64,000 nucleotides of DNA from Amphiscolops sp. MND2022 (taxonomy: Eukaryota). Positions 13,163 through 24,910 of this stretch are shown here, in pieces; positions within the stretch are counted from its first letter, which is position 1; every line of letters starts with the position of its first letter. A program made the translations under genes and the position numbers. Under the pieces are notes generated by a model. That model made no database searches. It worked only from the letters and a program-made list of their open reading frames with translations, and was not told the DNA's origin. Where the stretch lies: the NCBI GenBank assembly GCA_964187785.1, contig OZ076409.1:35466001-35530000 (forward strand), read 5' to 3'.

Positions 13163-13662
13163 GTAAGCTAAGATCCAAGATCCACTATTGCGGTTAGAAA
13201 TTGAAAAATCATCAATGTTTAAAGCTCTTCAGCTCCCACAGGTGTAAACGTTTTATGGTCTTTCTTTTACATTTTGTGCGAGAAAACAGCCCCAGACAGC
13301 TGGAAAAAAAGACGAACAAAGTTTATTTTTAGGGATTTTCTCAGCTTCCTGAACTGCAAGACTGAAGTTGAATGTCATGGCTTGTTCATGGAAGTTCATA
13401 TGATATCTTTCGTCCTGGTTTTTGGACCATGTGTCTAGTCTTGAATAATCATGCTTCAGATAATTGCTTTATAAATCGATGATAACAATAATTGATGATT
13501 CATGAATGTTCATGCATAATCATCCATGATTCATTGGTTCCCATTCATAGTCCATCAAAGACTCCAAGCCGAAATATTTCAAACCCGTCGAGGTAAAATT
13601 GATCAATTTGACATGTAGCCTATGTCTATACCCCAAAGGTACTTGAATAAAACATTTGACAG

Positions 13663-13833
13663 GTCACGTGGAGGCTCTTGATGAAGTTGACCTTGGAGGT
13701 GCGGCTGAGGGGTCAATTGTTGTGCACAAAAGAGCAGAGCATGACCTCAATTTCAACATACAGGAAGACAACGGACACTTCACTATCACTGACCTCGATG
13801 CATCCGAAGAGTTAATGAGTCAGATAAAAGAAG
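13663..13833 (+). CDS. Exon 3 of the AHNAK/periaxin-like gene: first half of the PDZ-like domain
   Basis: Acceptor tttgacag|, donor AAG|GTAAAA, 171 nt, phase 1-1; reads ...HDLNFNIQEDNGHFTITDLDASEELMSQIKEG. Confidence 0.8.
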
Positions 13834-15269
13834 GTAAAACTACACTAATTTATGCTTTTCAACACTGCACTTTTGACATGGATATATTGGTTGAACTATG
13901 GCATTGTTTTGCTGCTACTATTGATTATCTTAATTGCTCATCTTTCGAGTTGACATTGTCTAGACTGAAACCTGTACCCGTATTATAAATATGTGCACAC
14001 AGTATGATGACTTGATAACATGAGTATTGCCTAGAACCAAAGACTGTAACACTACTGAATTTCAAGGTCATCATTTGGCGAACCAATGATTCAATTTGAC
14101 CATCAGCCCAACAGGAGGCGCAATAGACACTAGTAATTTTCGAATTTTTGAAGAAAAAAGTATGCAAACGACAAGAAAAAAAATCGCCCTACAGATTAGA
14201 AAACTAGTTCATGCATATATGATTGCCACATTTCCCATAAGATGTGAAATCATAGAATTGGAAAACTCGATAATTTTTGGGACACAGTTCCACGAACAAT
14301 TTTTGCAGAAAACACCATTTCACATAATACGAGAGGTTTTTCTACCATGAAAATCCGGTAATCTAGCACCATGTCGTAAAAAACCTCATTTACTGCATGT
14401 TCTGAACTATTGTTTGTATTTTCACGTGTTTTCCGATTCTGCGTACTTTCTACGCACGTACTCTGCAAAAATTGGGGTCACTTCAACCAATTTTGGCAAG
14501 TGAGACATGTTCACGAGCGTAAAGGGGCCCCCTTTCAAGGTTTTCAACACTTTGCGATTTTTTGAAACAAAACTTCATCGATTTGATTTCTCTTGGTTTT
14601 GATGTTTTCAGAAATCCACGAAAGTTTTCTTAGCACGAAAGGCTTCCTTCGGGTATTTTTTTCGGCACTGGTAATTTTTGAAAAAAAACTCTGATCATAC
14701 TTTAAAAACTGCGCTTTTTTAAGAATTTCGCGGGCACCGACTTGAGACGTTCCCATCTTGTTTGTTCTATTTTTTTAAATGAGATTAAAGAGAATAAGAT
14801 TGTCGACGAACTAAAATGATTACGTTCTGTAAAACAAATGTTTCTCATGTATTCATAATAACTACTTTTCCAAGGAAATTTTTCATTTCTCCCTACTCAA
14901 GACAAAAGTGAATCTTTTACCACTCAAAATTATGTCATGGCGGTGAATGTTTTGTGGATCAGTTTGCGAAAAAGTTTTCAAGTTCATTCCATAATGTTTG
15001 CTGCACCATGGTATTTCGCTATTTCGATATTTCTAACGTTTTCAACTAAAAATTGAAAAAATTGGTTTGCTGAAGCAGTGGATAAAACATTTTTTATTTC
15101 TGAGTATTAGAAACACCCAGGTTGATAATGACCTCAAATTCTTTCAATTCTCACTGATTGCATGATGCTTCTCACTGAGCAAGCTAAATCAACATTAATG
15201 TGACTAAAAGTTACCAAACTTACATTTGTATGTTTTTTATGATATTTGTGAGTTGAACAGTGCTTTCAG

Positions 15270-15452
15270 GAGATTCTCTCCAGGGTTGTTTGATCGAATT
15301 CCAGAACTGTTCTCTGGCCACTTCCATCGACATCCTGCAACACGTGTCCTCTTTCGTCACCCAGCTCCACATCAAGAAGTCCCCCGCAGTCTCTCTCTCC
15401 CCAGGCTCGGTGTCTCTGGACATGGACCCCCATCTCAGAGGTGGCGTCGGAG
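15270..15452 (+). CDS. Exon 4 of the AHNAK/periaxin-like gene: second half of the PDZ-like domain
   Basis: Acceptor ctttcag|, donor GAG|GTTAGT, 183 nt, phase 1-1; reads DSLQGCLIEFQNCSLATSIDILQHVSSFVTQLHIKK. Confidence 0.8.
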
Positions 15453-15983
15453 GTTAGTATCTGAGGTTACTGGTGTTGAATTCACAAGGTAATGTTCACA
15501 TGCTCGCTAAAACGCAGTAAATTTGTTTATGATGACTGTTTATGCAGAAGAATGTGATTGCTCCTTGTTAAATTTCCCTGTGTAATGTTAATGAATTACG
15601 TAGGCCTAATGTGGACGTCAGACTAAACATCTCAATAGAAGTGTTTTTCCAAGAAATACAAAATCGTAAAATAGGCTAGCGGCACAGACAACTTCCATTA
15701 TTTTGCCCATTGTGTGTGCGCGTTTGCGGGATGATGAAACGTTATCCGAGCAGCAAATAGTGTTTCATTTGATTTTCATTCACTATGCGCTTCAGATACC
15801 TTTCATATATTAGATCGCTTCTAAATTAACCCTTTCATCGTCCTATTCGAAGTATACCTTAGCACCGGATAGGATTTGGATTTCATATTTCATATCAAAG
15901 ACTTCAATAAATTCTGGTCTCTTCTAAAAGTCAGATTTTCAATTAGGCATTTATACAAAAAGACATGTCAGTTGCGTTTTCAG

Positions 15984-18900
15984 GACAAATAGGCGGTGAT
16001 CACAAAGTGAGTCTGGGTAGGGGTATCTCAAACCCAGGTTTAGACATAGATGGGGAGTATAATGATGTTCAACTGGAAGCCCAATCGCCCGACTTCGATT
16101 CCAGGAAAGTGTCCACGGATTTGCACGTTGATGCCGATGTTGACTTCAAACCGATCCGACAGTTTGACACCAGGAGGCAATCTTCAGTTGATGTCACCGC
16201 TAATCCAGCCAGAATGTCTTTCAGCTCATCGGCTAACCCTAAACTATCAGTATCAGGAAGACCTCAAATGGATATTGGGGGTTCTGCTGGTCTTGAAGCG
16301 GGAGGTGCTTCACTGGGCACCGATGGAGTCGGCCTTAACACTGGCTCAAGTGTGGAAATTGGAACACCTAGTGCAAACTTTGAAATGGAACAGAGAACTC
16401 CCCAGGTTAAACGTGGTTTCTTGTGCTGTGGTGGAGGTAGAGCCAAAGCACCTAAAGCTGGCATCAAAGGAAATACAAATCTGAACGTTCAGAAATCAGT
16501 GGATACAAACATAGACTTATTATCAGAAAACGACATACACACTGGCAAAGGAAAGTTGTCGTTTGACCCAGATACAGAGCTCACTGTAAAAAGTGCGACA
16601 GGCTTAGAAGCCGTTGGTGAACATAACATGGGCTTTGATATTGATGGAAGTGCCAGTAGTCGTTCAAATTCTTCTGAAAAGAAGGGTGGATTTGGAGTTG
16701 GTTTTGGTATTGGAGGAGGATCGAAAATAGATGCGAATGTTGACCTTGATGCAGATGCGAAGCTGAAAGGCAGAGAGAGATCAATTTCTCCAAAACGCAA
16801 GACAGGCGGATTCGGCGTTGGTCTTGGTGTTGGAGGAGGACCTAACTTAGACGCGGATGTTGATGTTGATGCAGATGCGAAGCTTAAAGGCAGAGATAGA
16901 TCTGTTTCTCCAAAAGGCAAGAAAGGTGGATTCGGCTTTGGTTTTGGTGTTGAAGGAGGACCTAACTTAGACGCGGATGTTGATGTTGATGCAGATGCGA
17001 AGCTTAAAGGCAGAGATAGATCTGTTTCTCCAAAAGGCAAGAAAGGTGGATTCGGCTTTGGTTTTGGTGTTGAAGGAGGACCTAACTTAGACGCGGATGT
17101 TGATGTTGATGCAGATGCGAAGCTTAAAGGCAGAGATAGATCTGTTTCTCCAAAAGGCAAGAAAGGTGGATTCGGCTTTGGTGTTGGTGTTGGAGGAGGA
17201 CCTAACTTAGACGCGGATGTTGACGTTGATGCAGATGCGAAGCTTAAAGGCAAAGACAGATCACTTTCTCCAAAAGACAAGAAAGGTGGATTCGGCGTTA
17301 GTCTTGGTGTTGGGGGAGGACCTAACTTAGATGCGGATGTTGATGTCGATGCAGATGCGAAGCTGAAAGGCAGAGATAGATCAGTTTCTCCAAAAGAAAA
17401 GAAGAAAGGCTTCGGTTTCAAAGTGGGAGGTGGAGGAAGTGCGGATCGAGATGCTCATGGCCCAAAAAGTAGAGGAAGATCTAAATCTCCAAAAGGCAAG
17501 AGGAAAGGTTTTGGTATCAAAATTGGGGGTGGGGGAGGTAGGGCTAAAAATGGAGATGCACATGCTTCCCCTAAGGTTGACAAAAATGGCTTTGGTTTGA
17601 AACTACGAGGAGGGACAAGTAAGGATGACAGTGTCTATGATGCCCCGAGCAGAGACCTGTCGCTATCGTCAAAAAGCGAGAATGATAGCTTGGGTTTTGG
17701 TTTTGCAATAGACGGAGGACCTAAGGCTGACTTTGATGCTGACGTCAAACCGAGGAGCCGATCAACATCTCCCAAAGAAAAGAAGGATGGCTTCGGTTTT
17801 GGTTTTGGTATTGGCGGAGGAGCCGATGCTGATGCCGACGTTGATGCTGACATCAGAAGAAAAAGCCGATCACCATCTCCCAACGGAAAGAAGGGTGGCT
17901 TCGGTTTCGGGTTTGGTATTGGCGGAGAAGCTGATGCCGATGTTGATGCTAACGTTAAAAGGAAAAACCGATCACCATCCCCCAAAGGAAAGAAAGGTGG
18001 CTTCGGTTTTGGGTTCGGTATTGGCGAAGGCGCTGATGCTGACATCAAAAGAAACAGCCGATCACCATCTCCCGAAGGAAAGAAAGGTGGTTTTGGTTTC
18101 GGGTTTGGTATTGGCGGAGAAGCTGATGCCGATGTTGATGCTAACGTTAAAAGGAAAAGCCGATCACCATCCCCCAAAGGAAAGAAAGGTGGCTTCGGTT
18201 TTGGGTTCGGTATTGGCGGAGGAGCTGATGCTGATGCTGACGTCAAAAGAAAACGCCGATCACCATCTCCCAAAGGAAAGAAGGGTGGCTTCGGTTTCGG
18301 GTTTGGTATTGGCGGAGGAGCTGATGCCGATGTTGAAGGTGACGTTAAAAGGAAAAGCCGATCACCATCGCCAAAAGGAAAGAAGGGTGGCTTCGGTTTC
18401 GGGTTTGGTATTGGCGGAGGAGCTGATGCCGATGTTGAAGGTGACGTTAAAAGGAAAAGCCGATCACCATCGCCAAAAGGAAAGAAAGGTGGTTTCGGAT
18501 TCGGGCTCGGGATTGGCGGAGGAGCTGATGCCGATGTTGAAGGTGACGTTAAAAGGAAAAGCCGATCACCATCGCCAAAAGGAAAGAAAGGTGGTTTCGG
18601 ATTCGGGCTCGGGATTGGCGGTGGAGCCGATGTTGATGCCGATGTTGACGCTGATGTCAAAAGGAAAAGCCGATCACCATCCCCCAAAGGAAAGAAAGGT
18701 GGCATCGGTTTTGGGTTCGGTATTGGCGGTGGAGCTGATGCTGATGCTGACGTCAAAAGAAAAAGTCGATCACCATCTCCCAAAGGAAAGAAGGGTGGCT
18801 TCGGTTTCGGGTTTGGTATTGTCGGAGGAGCTGATGCCGATGTTGAAGGTGACGTTAAAAGGAAAAGCCGATCACCATCGCCAAAAGGAAAGAAAGGTGG

Positions 18901-20584
18901 TTTCGGATTCGGGCTCGGGATTGGCGGTGGAGCTGATGCCGATGTTGATGCTGACGTCAAAAGGAAAAGCCGATCACCATCTCCCAAAGGAAAGAAAGGT
19001 GGCATCGGTTTTGGGTTCGGTATTGGCGGTGGAGCTGATGCTGATGCTGACGTCAAAAGAAAAAGTCGATCACCATCTCCCAAAGGAAAAAAGGGTGGCT
19101 TCGGTTTCGGGTTTGGTATTGGCGGAGGAGCTGATGCCGATGTTGAAGGTGACGTTAAAAGGAAAAGCCGATCACCATCGCCAAAAGGAAAGAAAGGTGG
19201 TTTCGGATTCGGGCTCGGGATTGGCGGTGGAGCTGATGCCGATGTTGATGCTGACGTCAAAAGGAAAAGCCGATCACCATCTCCCAAAGGAAAGAAAGGT
19301 GGCATCGGTTTTGGGTTCGGTATTGGCGGTGGAGCTGATGCTGATGCTGACGTCAAAAGAAAAAGTCGATCACCATCTCCCAAAGGAAAAAAGGGTGGCT
19401 TCGGTTTCGGGTTTGGTATTGGCGGAGGAGCTGATGCCGATGTTGAAGGTGACGTTAAAAGGAAAAGCCGATCACCATCGCCAAAAGGAAAGAAAGGTGG
19501 TTTCGGATTCGGGCTCGGGATTGGCGGTGGAGCTGATGCCGATGTTGATGCTGACGTCAAAAGGAAAAGCCGATCACCATCTCCCAAAGGAAAGAAAGGT
19601 GGCTTCGGTTTCGGGTTCGGTATTGGCGGAGGAGCTGATGCCGATGTTGATGCTGATGTTAAAAAGAAAAGCCGATCACCATCGCCAAAAGGAAAGAAAG
19701 GTGGTTTCGGATTCGGGTTCGGTATCGGCGGAGGAGCTGATGCCGATGTTGACATCAAAAGGAAAAGCCGATCACCATCTCCTAGAGGAAAGGAAGGTGG
19801 CTCCGGTTTTGGTTTCGGTATTGGCGGAGGTGCTGTTACTGATTTTGAAGGCCCTTGTGCAAAGAACCATAACGGTGTAGTAACTTCGTTTAAACACGAC
19901 AATTCATTGAAGACGTCAGTAGATCTCGAAGCGGACATTGCCGTAAGCAAAGAAGCAACATTGGAATCTGAGCCAGTGAAACCAGCGAAACCCGAGTACA
20001 AGATAGTAATTGACCCAGTCACTGGGGCGAAGAAAAAGTTGCGACGAAAACCAAAAGATGGAAAAGCAGCTGCAAAAACAGATGGACCCAAGGATTATGA
20101 AATTAAAGTTGATCCAGTTACTGGTAAAAAATATAAAGTTAGAAAACGTGATCCTTCTGGTGACAAAAAAGGAAAAGCAAAGGTGGATTTAGAAAGTTCA
20201 TCAAATAGGGCCGATCTCAAAGCACCAAATGCTAGTCTGAGCAACAATCTCCATGTAGTTGCTCCAGTAACAGCACAGAATGGAATGTTGGAAGGTGAAA
20301 TAGACTTACGAGATGGAATGCATGGCCAGAGTTCTGACAACCAAAAAGTTAATTTGGAATCGGGTGGAGCAATTGGTGTTTCTTTAAATTCTGAAGGGAG
20401 CAATTATTCCTCACACAAAGAATTGAATTTGATTGAGAAGTCATTAGAAGAACTTCGATCTGCCAAAAACTTTTCCATGAGTAACAACCAATCACATTCC
20501 CGAACCCCCTCCCCGAAACCAAGGAAAACCAAATTGAAAGTGGCAATGAGAGCCAGCAGCAGTTCTGAAGACTCGGATGAATGA
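15984..20584 (+). CDS. Giant last exon (4.6 kb) of the AHNAK/periaxin-like gene: low-complexity tandem-repeat domain
   Basis: Acceptor gttttcag| at 15983 gives a phase-1 entry into the 1539-codon ORF 15965-20584. The spliced CDS is 5127 nt = 1708 aa plus stop. Confidence 0.9.
16675..17420 (+). repeat. Coding tandem repeat, 120-bp/40-aa unit (KKGGFGFGFGVEGGPNLDADVDVDADAKLKGRDRSVSPKG), ~6 copies
   Basis: The sequences starting at 16861, 16981 and 17101 are identical at a 120-nt period. Confidence 0.95.
17750..19830 (+). repeat. Coding tandem repeat, ~30-36-aa unit (RKSRSPSPKGKKGGFGFGFGIGGGADADVEGDVK), ~20 copies, with a 300-bp higher-order period
   Basis: Units are visible in the ORF translation; 18661-18960, 18961-19260 and 19261-19560 are near-identical. 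Confidence 0.95.
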
Positions 20585-21474
20585 AACCGAAACAGTACAG
20601 CAGAAATTCTAAGAATCATAATTCCATTTCTTATCAATAGATGATAGATTCAGAAATCGCCGCAATAATGGTTTATTACAGGATATAATATTTTATAAAC
20701 TTCAGACATAATTTACTGTTTTTTGTTTATACTGAAACGTCCTGACGTTTATTACGGAAGAAGTAAGAGTTGAGATCATCAGTTGAAAGAATGCCTTAAG
20801 CGCAGAAGGTTGATCGAACTTTTGATGAAAACTTTCCTGCCAACAAACCCAACCTTTTATATAAAAACCTAACTATAAAGAATTAAAGATCATACTTGGT
20901 TTCATCACCATGCTATTGTCACCGATTAGTAAGAGTCCGGATTTTATAGATGAATTTACCTTTTTTGAAACTATTAGTAAAACGTTTAGTGAGAAAATTC
21001 ACGGATATGGTTTCTCGGACTTTTGAATTGGGTCAACTAGTAAACTGAAAAGATTGCAAAAAGTGAAAAAATCAAATCAGTCACTATTTTTTTTTCGAAA
21101 AAAAAGATATCGCACTCATTGCTCGAACTTTCATCGCAAACTTTCCCGGTTGGAAAACTTTTCAAATTGACCGTTTCTCGTATTTAATGACACGTTGTAT
21201 GATCTGTAAAACAGTTGAAGAATAACTCCGATGCTGTGACCTCGAAGTAGGAGTCTAGCACTGGGCACAAGACATCTAACCAGCAATCTCGCTTATTCAA
21301 CTTCCGGGTTGGCAATCAATCGCAACCCATCAGAAACGCATATGACCCAATGTCCTATAATAGGGATTCACTGGAATCACATCTGCAACCTTTTCAACCT
21401 GTGTGCCGGCGATAGAATGATTGCCAGATTTATACAGATTAAACTGAAAACTTGTGATCCAAATTGCCAATGAT

Positions 21475-21530
21475 AATAGTCATATGGTGAATTGCTAGTG
21501 TTAACACTAGCAATTCACCATATGACTATT
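21475..21530. repeat. Perfect 56-bp spacerless palindrome
   Basis: aatagtcatatggtgaattgctagtgtt|aacactagcaattcaccatatgactatt is its own reverse complement. Confidence 0.97.
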
Positions 21531-22758
21531 CTCGCTTATTTACTTATAGCCATTCACCGGTGATTTTTAGTCGAAGTCAGCTCGGAATAACTCATACTAA
21601 TGATCAACTATAATCCTCTTCTTTTCTTTGGTTTTCCATAGGTATGAAAGTTGTTTGTTTCAGTACATTTTTGGTAAATTATGGCAGGTGAAATCGATTC
21701 CAGTTGGGCGTTTGGCTTTTACTGAATTTCCCAAAAAGATTCCAAACTATTTTACGTAATAGCCATGGCTTTCAGGAGATTTGAACGCTTTCACTACAAC
21801 TGATAGCAAATAAAACGCGAAGAAAAATCAAGTGTTCAAGACGTACGAACTGTCAAAAGCATCAATGAACATCAGTTTCTTTAATCAGTGACAATGAACG
21901 TCTCGAAAGAATTCGACACAACGAACCCATTTAGAGTATTCGCGATATCGCAACTGGTTGTTTCCTGAAAGTTGTGTTTTCCTGTTCGTGATAGGAACGT
22001 AGCTCAATCAATCAACAACTAAACCGACAAAATTGAATATAAACTTCGTTATCTGAAACTTTTACTGGAATTGCAGACAACTGTCGCATTACAGAGCGCG
22101 CGAGGTTTTAGTAACGTATACAAATATGTGGTTCCAAACACGCATCGTGAATACAGTTGAACCTTTTCTCCGAACACGAACATACACTGATTGACCCACT
22201 GTTACAGACTATATTGACAAGTTGAGTAGGTTTTCCGCTCGGTGGAAAATACTATGACTGGATCCCAATGATACTTTGAAGGTTGCCAATTCGTACACTG
22301 TCCAGTGCTTGACCAGCCGTTACCTTAATCAAAATCTGCTGAAGATCTCAGAAGAGCGCTACGGTGATTTTACATAACTGCGAATCGAGAGAAAAGTAAA
22401 AGGTCTCTAGCCGGGGCCAACGTGGCACATTTTTATCGGAAATAGAGGTTCTGTCCTGACAAATCAAAACAATGGATCGTCTCAAATCGATGCCCCAGGT
22501 AAGGTTCAAAACGCGCAAAGTTTTTATAATAAGCTCAGGACGTTTGTAAATGAAAACTCAAAAGAGTATGGAAGCAACCAACGGGTGCCTTTCGTGCTCG
22601 AAAAGCGCTTCAACACTTCAGATATAGCATGCTGGGCCAAATCGAATTGCTTTTTTTGACCATCCACCTCCTCCGTAGTGAAGCGCAATTCACTTCGAAT
22701 ATAACATCAAAAGTACGATTTTAGAGTGATGGGATGAATGGGAGCGCTTGTTGTAGAA

Positions 22759-22900
22759 CCTCCTCCTCCTCCTCCTCCTCCTCCTCCTCCTCCCTCCTCC
22801 CTCCTCCCTCCTCCCTCCTCCCTCCTCCCTCCTCCCTCCTCCAAACTCCCTCCTCCCTCCTCCCTCCTCCCCTCCTCCCTCCTCCCCTCCTCCCTCCTCC
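22759..22900. repeat. Pure pyrimidine microsatellite (CCT)n/(CCTCCCT)n
   Basis: ~140 nt containing almost only C and T. Confidence 0.95.
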
Positions 22901-23169
22901 AGTAACTTGAATAAACTAGCTTATCAAAAACTATAAATCTGTCACTTTTTCGGTCTTTAAAAGATAGCGTCGACAAGAAATTGATGTAATAAATTTTGAT
23001 TACTACCTATGATATAACTTTCCGAAATTTTTCTGCGTTGTACAGTTAGTCGCAAGATGCGTAAACGTTTGATATCTTTGGCATTGAAATCCTGTTTGTT
23101 AGCCAATTGTAGGTGATTTCATTCTTGATTGTTTGAAAACTTTTTTGAAAAGCTTGATGGAATACAATT

Positions 23170-24840
23170 TGTTGGCGCCTCGAAAATAACTTGAAATCAG
23201 CTATTCGAAAAATACCCTAAAATAGCCCTTAATTGGTGGCTGTAAAAGATTGAGTTTTGGGAATCACACTCTAGGATGGTCGGCAACCGACATATTTTTG
23301 GCCAACTAAACCATCTAGGGCAAAAAACCGGAAATCGAAAGCAAAAATTTGAAAAATATTTTTTTTCTGGGGCAAAAACAGAGATTTCTTCTAAAATATT
23401 ACAAATTTGGTAATTTATCGTCCTGCTTGTGTATTTAACCTGTCAAGTGGTCATATTTGGTTATATCTAGTCCAAGCGGAAGCCGGTAGAGCATTTGTAA
23501 TCTAATAGAAGCTTTGGTGGGCAAATAACAAATATATTAAAGGACCACAAAATCGTGTAAAAGTTTTCTTCAGATGTTGATATACCAATATCTTTGTATA
23601 CTTTATCGCCTCGAAAGTGGGTAGTTTGTTAACTTTATGTATCATTATAGAACATTTATGGTGTCCTCATATTTGATTGTAAACATGACTTTTATGTAGT
23701 TCCTTGTAGGTCCAAATAGACTCCAATCTTGCTAAAACCGACGAGAAAGACGGGAGAGAACTAAGTATCTTACTGAGCAGTTGATCTTTAACTTCGATTC
23801 GAATACCTCAAGAAAGCATATTTTGGAAATTGATCGTTCAAGATTTTACTAATTTCGAGCATAGATTGGATTTTATTTCGACCAATTGATTTTTGCCTAG
23901 TAAAAACAAGTTGATTCGAGATTCCATCCTCAATTAAAGTTATTGCTTCAATCTTGTTGTTTTATTCGTTTCATCGTCATCGGATCGACAGGTTTTGTTA
24001 TAGTTCTTTTGAACGTGAAAGTAGATCTACTTGAAACAATTTATTTCTCAGAGGTTAGAGAATTTCATGTTTTATAGAAAACACAAGTAACAGTCAAAGA
24101 CGCAGTAATTGCTTCACCGACTACGAACGCTTGTTTGTTGTGCACAATAGTTTTTCTAACCAAAGAAATAGATGCGATATCATCTATTTAAATCGTCGAA
24201 ATCTCGAAATTTGCTAATTGCTGACAGTCAAGGTAAAGAGCTTGATATAGCCAATTTCAACGTCTTATCATTACCAGGAGCTTGTGTAAGACACGTTTAC
24301 ATTTTCATCCCGAAAAAGGACAGTTACGATACTGTTGTTCTTTTCATTGGAGGTAACGATCTTTTTTGTAATAACGCACCTTCCACAAAATCTGCTGAAG
24401 ATTTAACGCAGGAATTATCAGACCTTGCTAATTTCCTACTTACCAAAATTAAAAGTGTTTTTGTTCTTGGCATACCATTACGCCATTCTCTACCTCAGAG
24501 ATCCAAAACCGTGAACGCATTATTGGCTTTGCGCAAAGAAGGCTGGAAATTCAGAGGCATTTCTAGACAGATATATAGTGACAAACACTTGAAAAGGGAT
24601 AACGTCCATTTGAGTTCTAAAGCTTTGAGTGGAATTGGTTATATCCTAAAATCTAAAATTCTTTACAAACGATTCTGTCCTGAATTGGAAGAAGAAGGAT
24701 ATTCGCATATTATTGAGTGCAAAGGAACCTGCAGGTGTCTTTCCTGGACAAAGTATTAGAAGAGATTGTTCCATAGTGAAGACGAGGGCCGTCGTAAAGC
24801 TTGGTAAGTGTATTTGTTATCATACCTTGCAGACGTAAAA
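23170..24840 (+). repeat. 5' LTR (1671 bp) of the BEL/Pao element
   Basis: TGTTGGCGCC...GCAGACGTAAAA; direct repeat of 31479-33148. Confidence 0.95.
24172..24759 (+). CDS. SGNH/GDSL hydrolase (esterase)-like protein, 195 aa, encoded inside the 5' LTR
   Basis: Four SGNH blocks in order: LIADSQG (block I Ser), LPGA (II Gly), IGGNDL (III Asn), DNVHL (V Asp/His). Intact from ATG to stop. Confidence 0.85.
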   Translation: MRYHLFKSSKSRNLLIADSQGKELDIANFNVLSLPGACVRHVYIFIPKKDSYDTVVLFIGGNDLFCNNAPSTKSAEDLTQELSDLANFLLTKIKSVFVLGIPLRHSLPQRSKTVNALLALRKEGWKFRGISRQIYSDKHLKRDNVHLSSKALSGIGYILKSKILYKRFCPELEEEGYSHIIECKGTCRCLSWTKY

Positions 24841-24843
24841 TTT

Positions 24844-24861
24844 TGGTGCCGCGACCCGGGA
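24844..24861 (+). promoter_or_regulatory. Primer-binding site, tRNA-His-like (TGGTGCCGCGACCCGGGA)
   Basis: 3 nt after the LTR end; resembles the complement of the tRNA-His 3' end (TGGTGCCGTGACTCGGA). Confidence 0.8.
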
Positions 24862-24910
24862 AGGCACTGTGCGGGATTCGGTCATAATTTGATTTGCAAA
24901 AGAAAATAGA

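Noticed and set aside
15965..15983. ATG 15965 as the start of the repeat protein
   Set aside because: It lies just upstream of a good acceptor (gttttcag) whose phase matches four upstream exons; the spliced model explains more.
16675..19830. CRISPR-like or satellite interpretation of the regular repeats
   Set aside because: No unique spacers, unit lengths are multiples of three inside a long ORF, and the context is eukaryotic.
17635..20091. 818-aa minus-strand ORF and 715-aa alternative plus-frame ORF (17733-19880), plus 16489-17421
   Set aside because: Shadows of the coding tandem repeat: a unit without stops in those frames is simply repeated. No independent evidence of coding.
22707..22976. 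Gly/Glu/Arg-rich ORF
   Set aside because: Translation of the CCT microsatellite.
24172..24759. Calling the SGNH ORF a host gene (e.g. oskar) or an env gene
   Set aside because: It is wholly within both LTRs and lacks a LOTUS domain, signal peptide and transmembrane segment.
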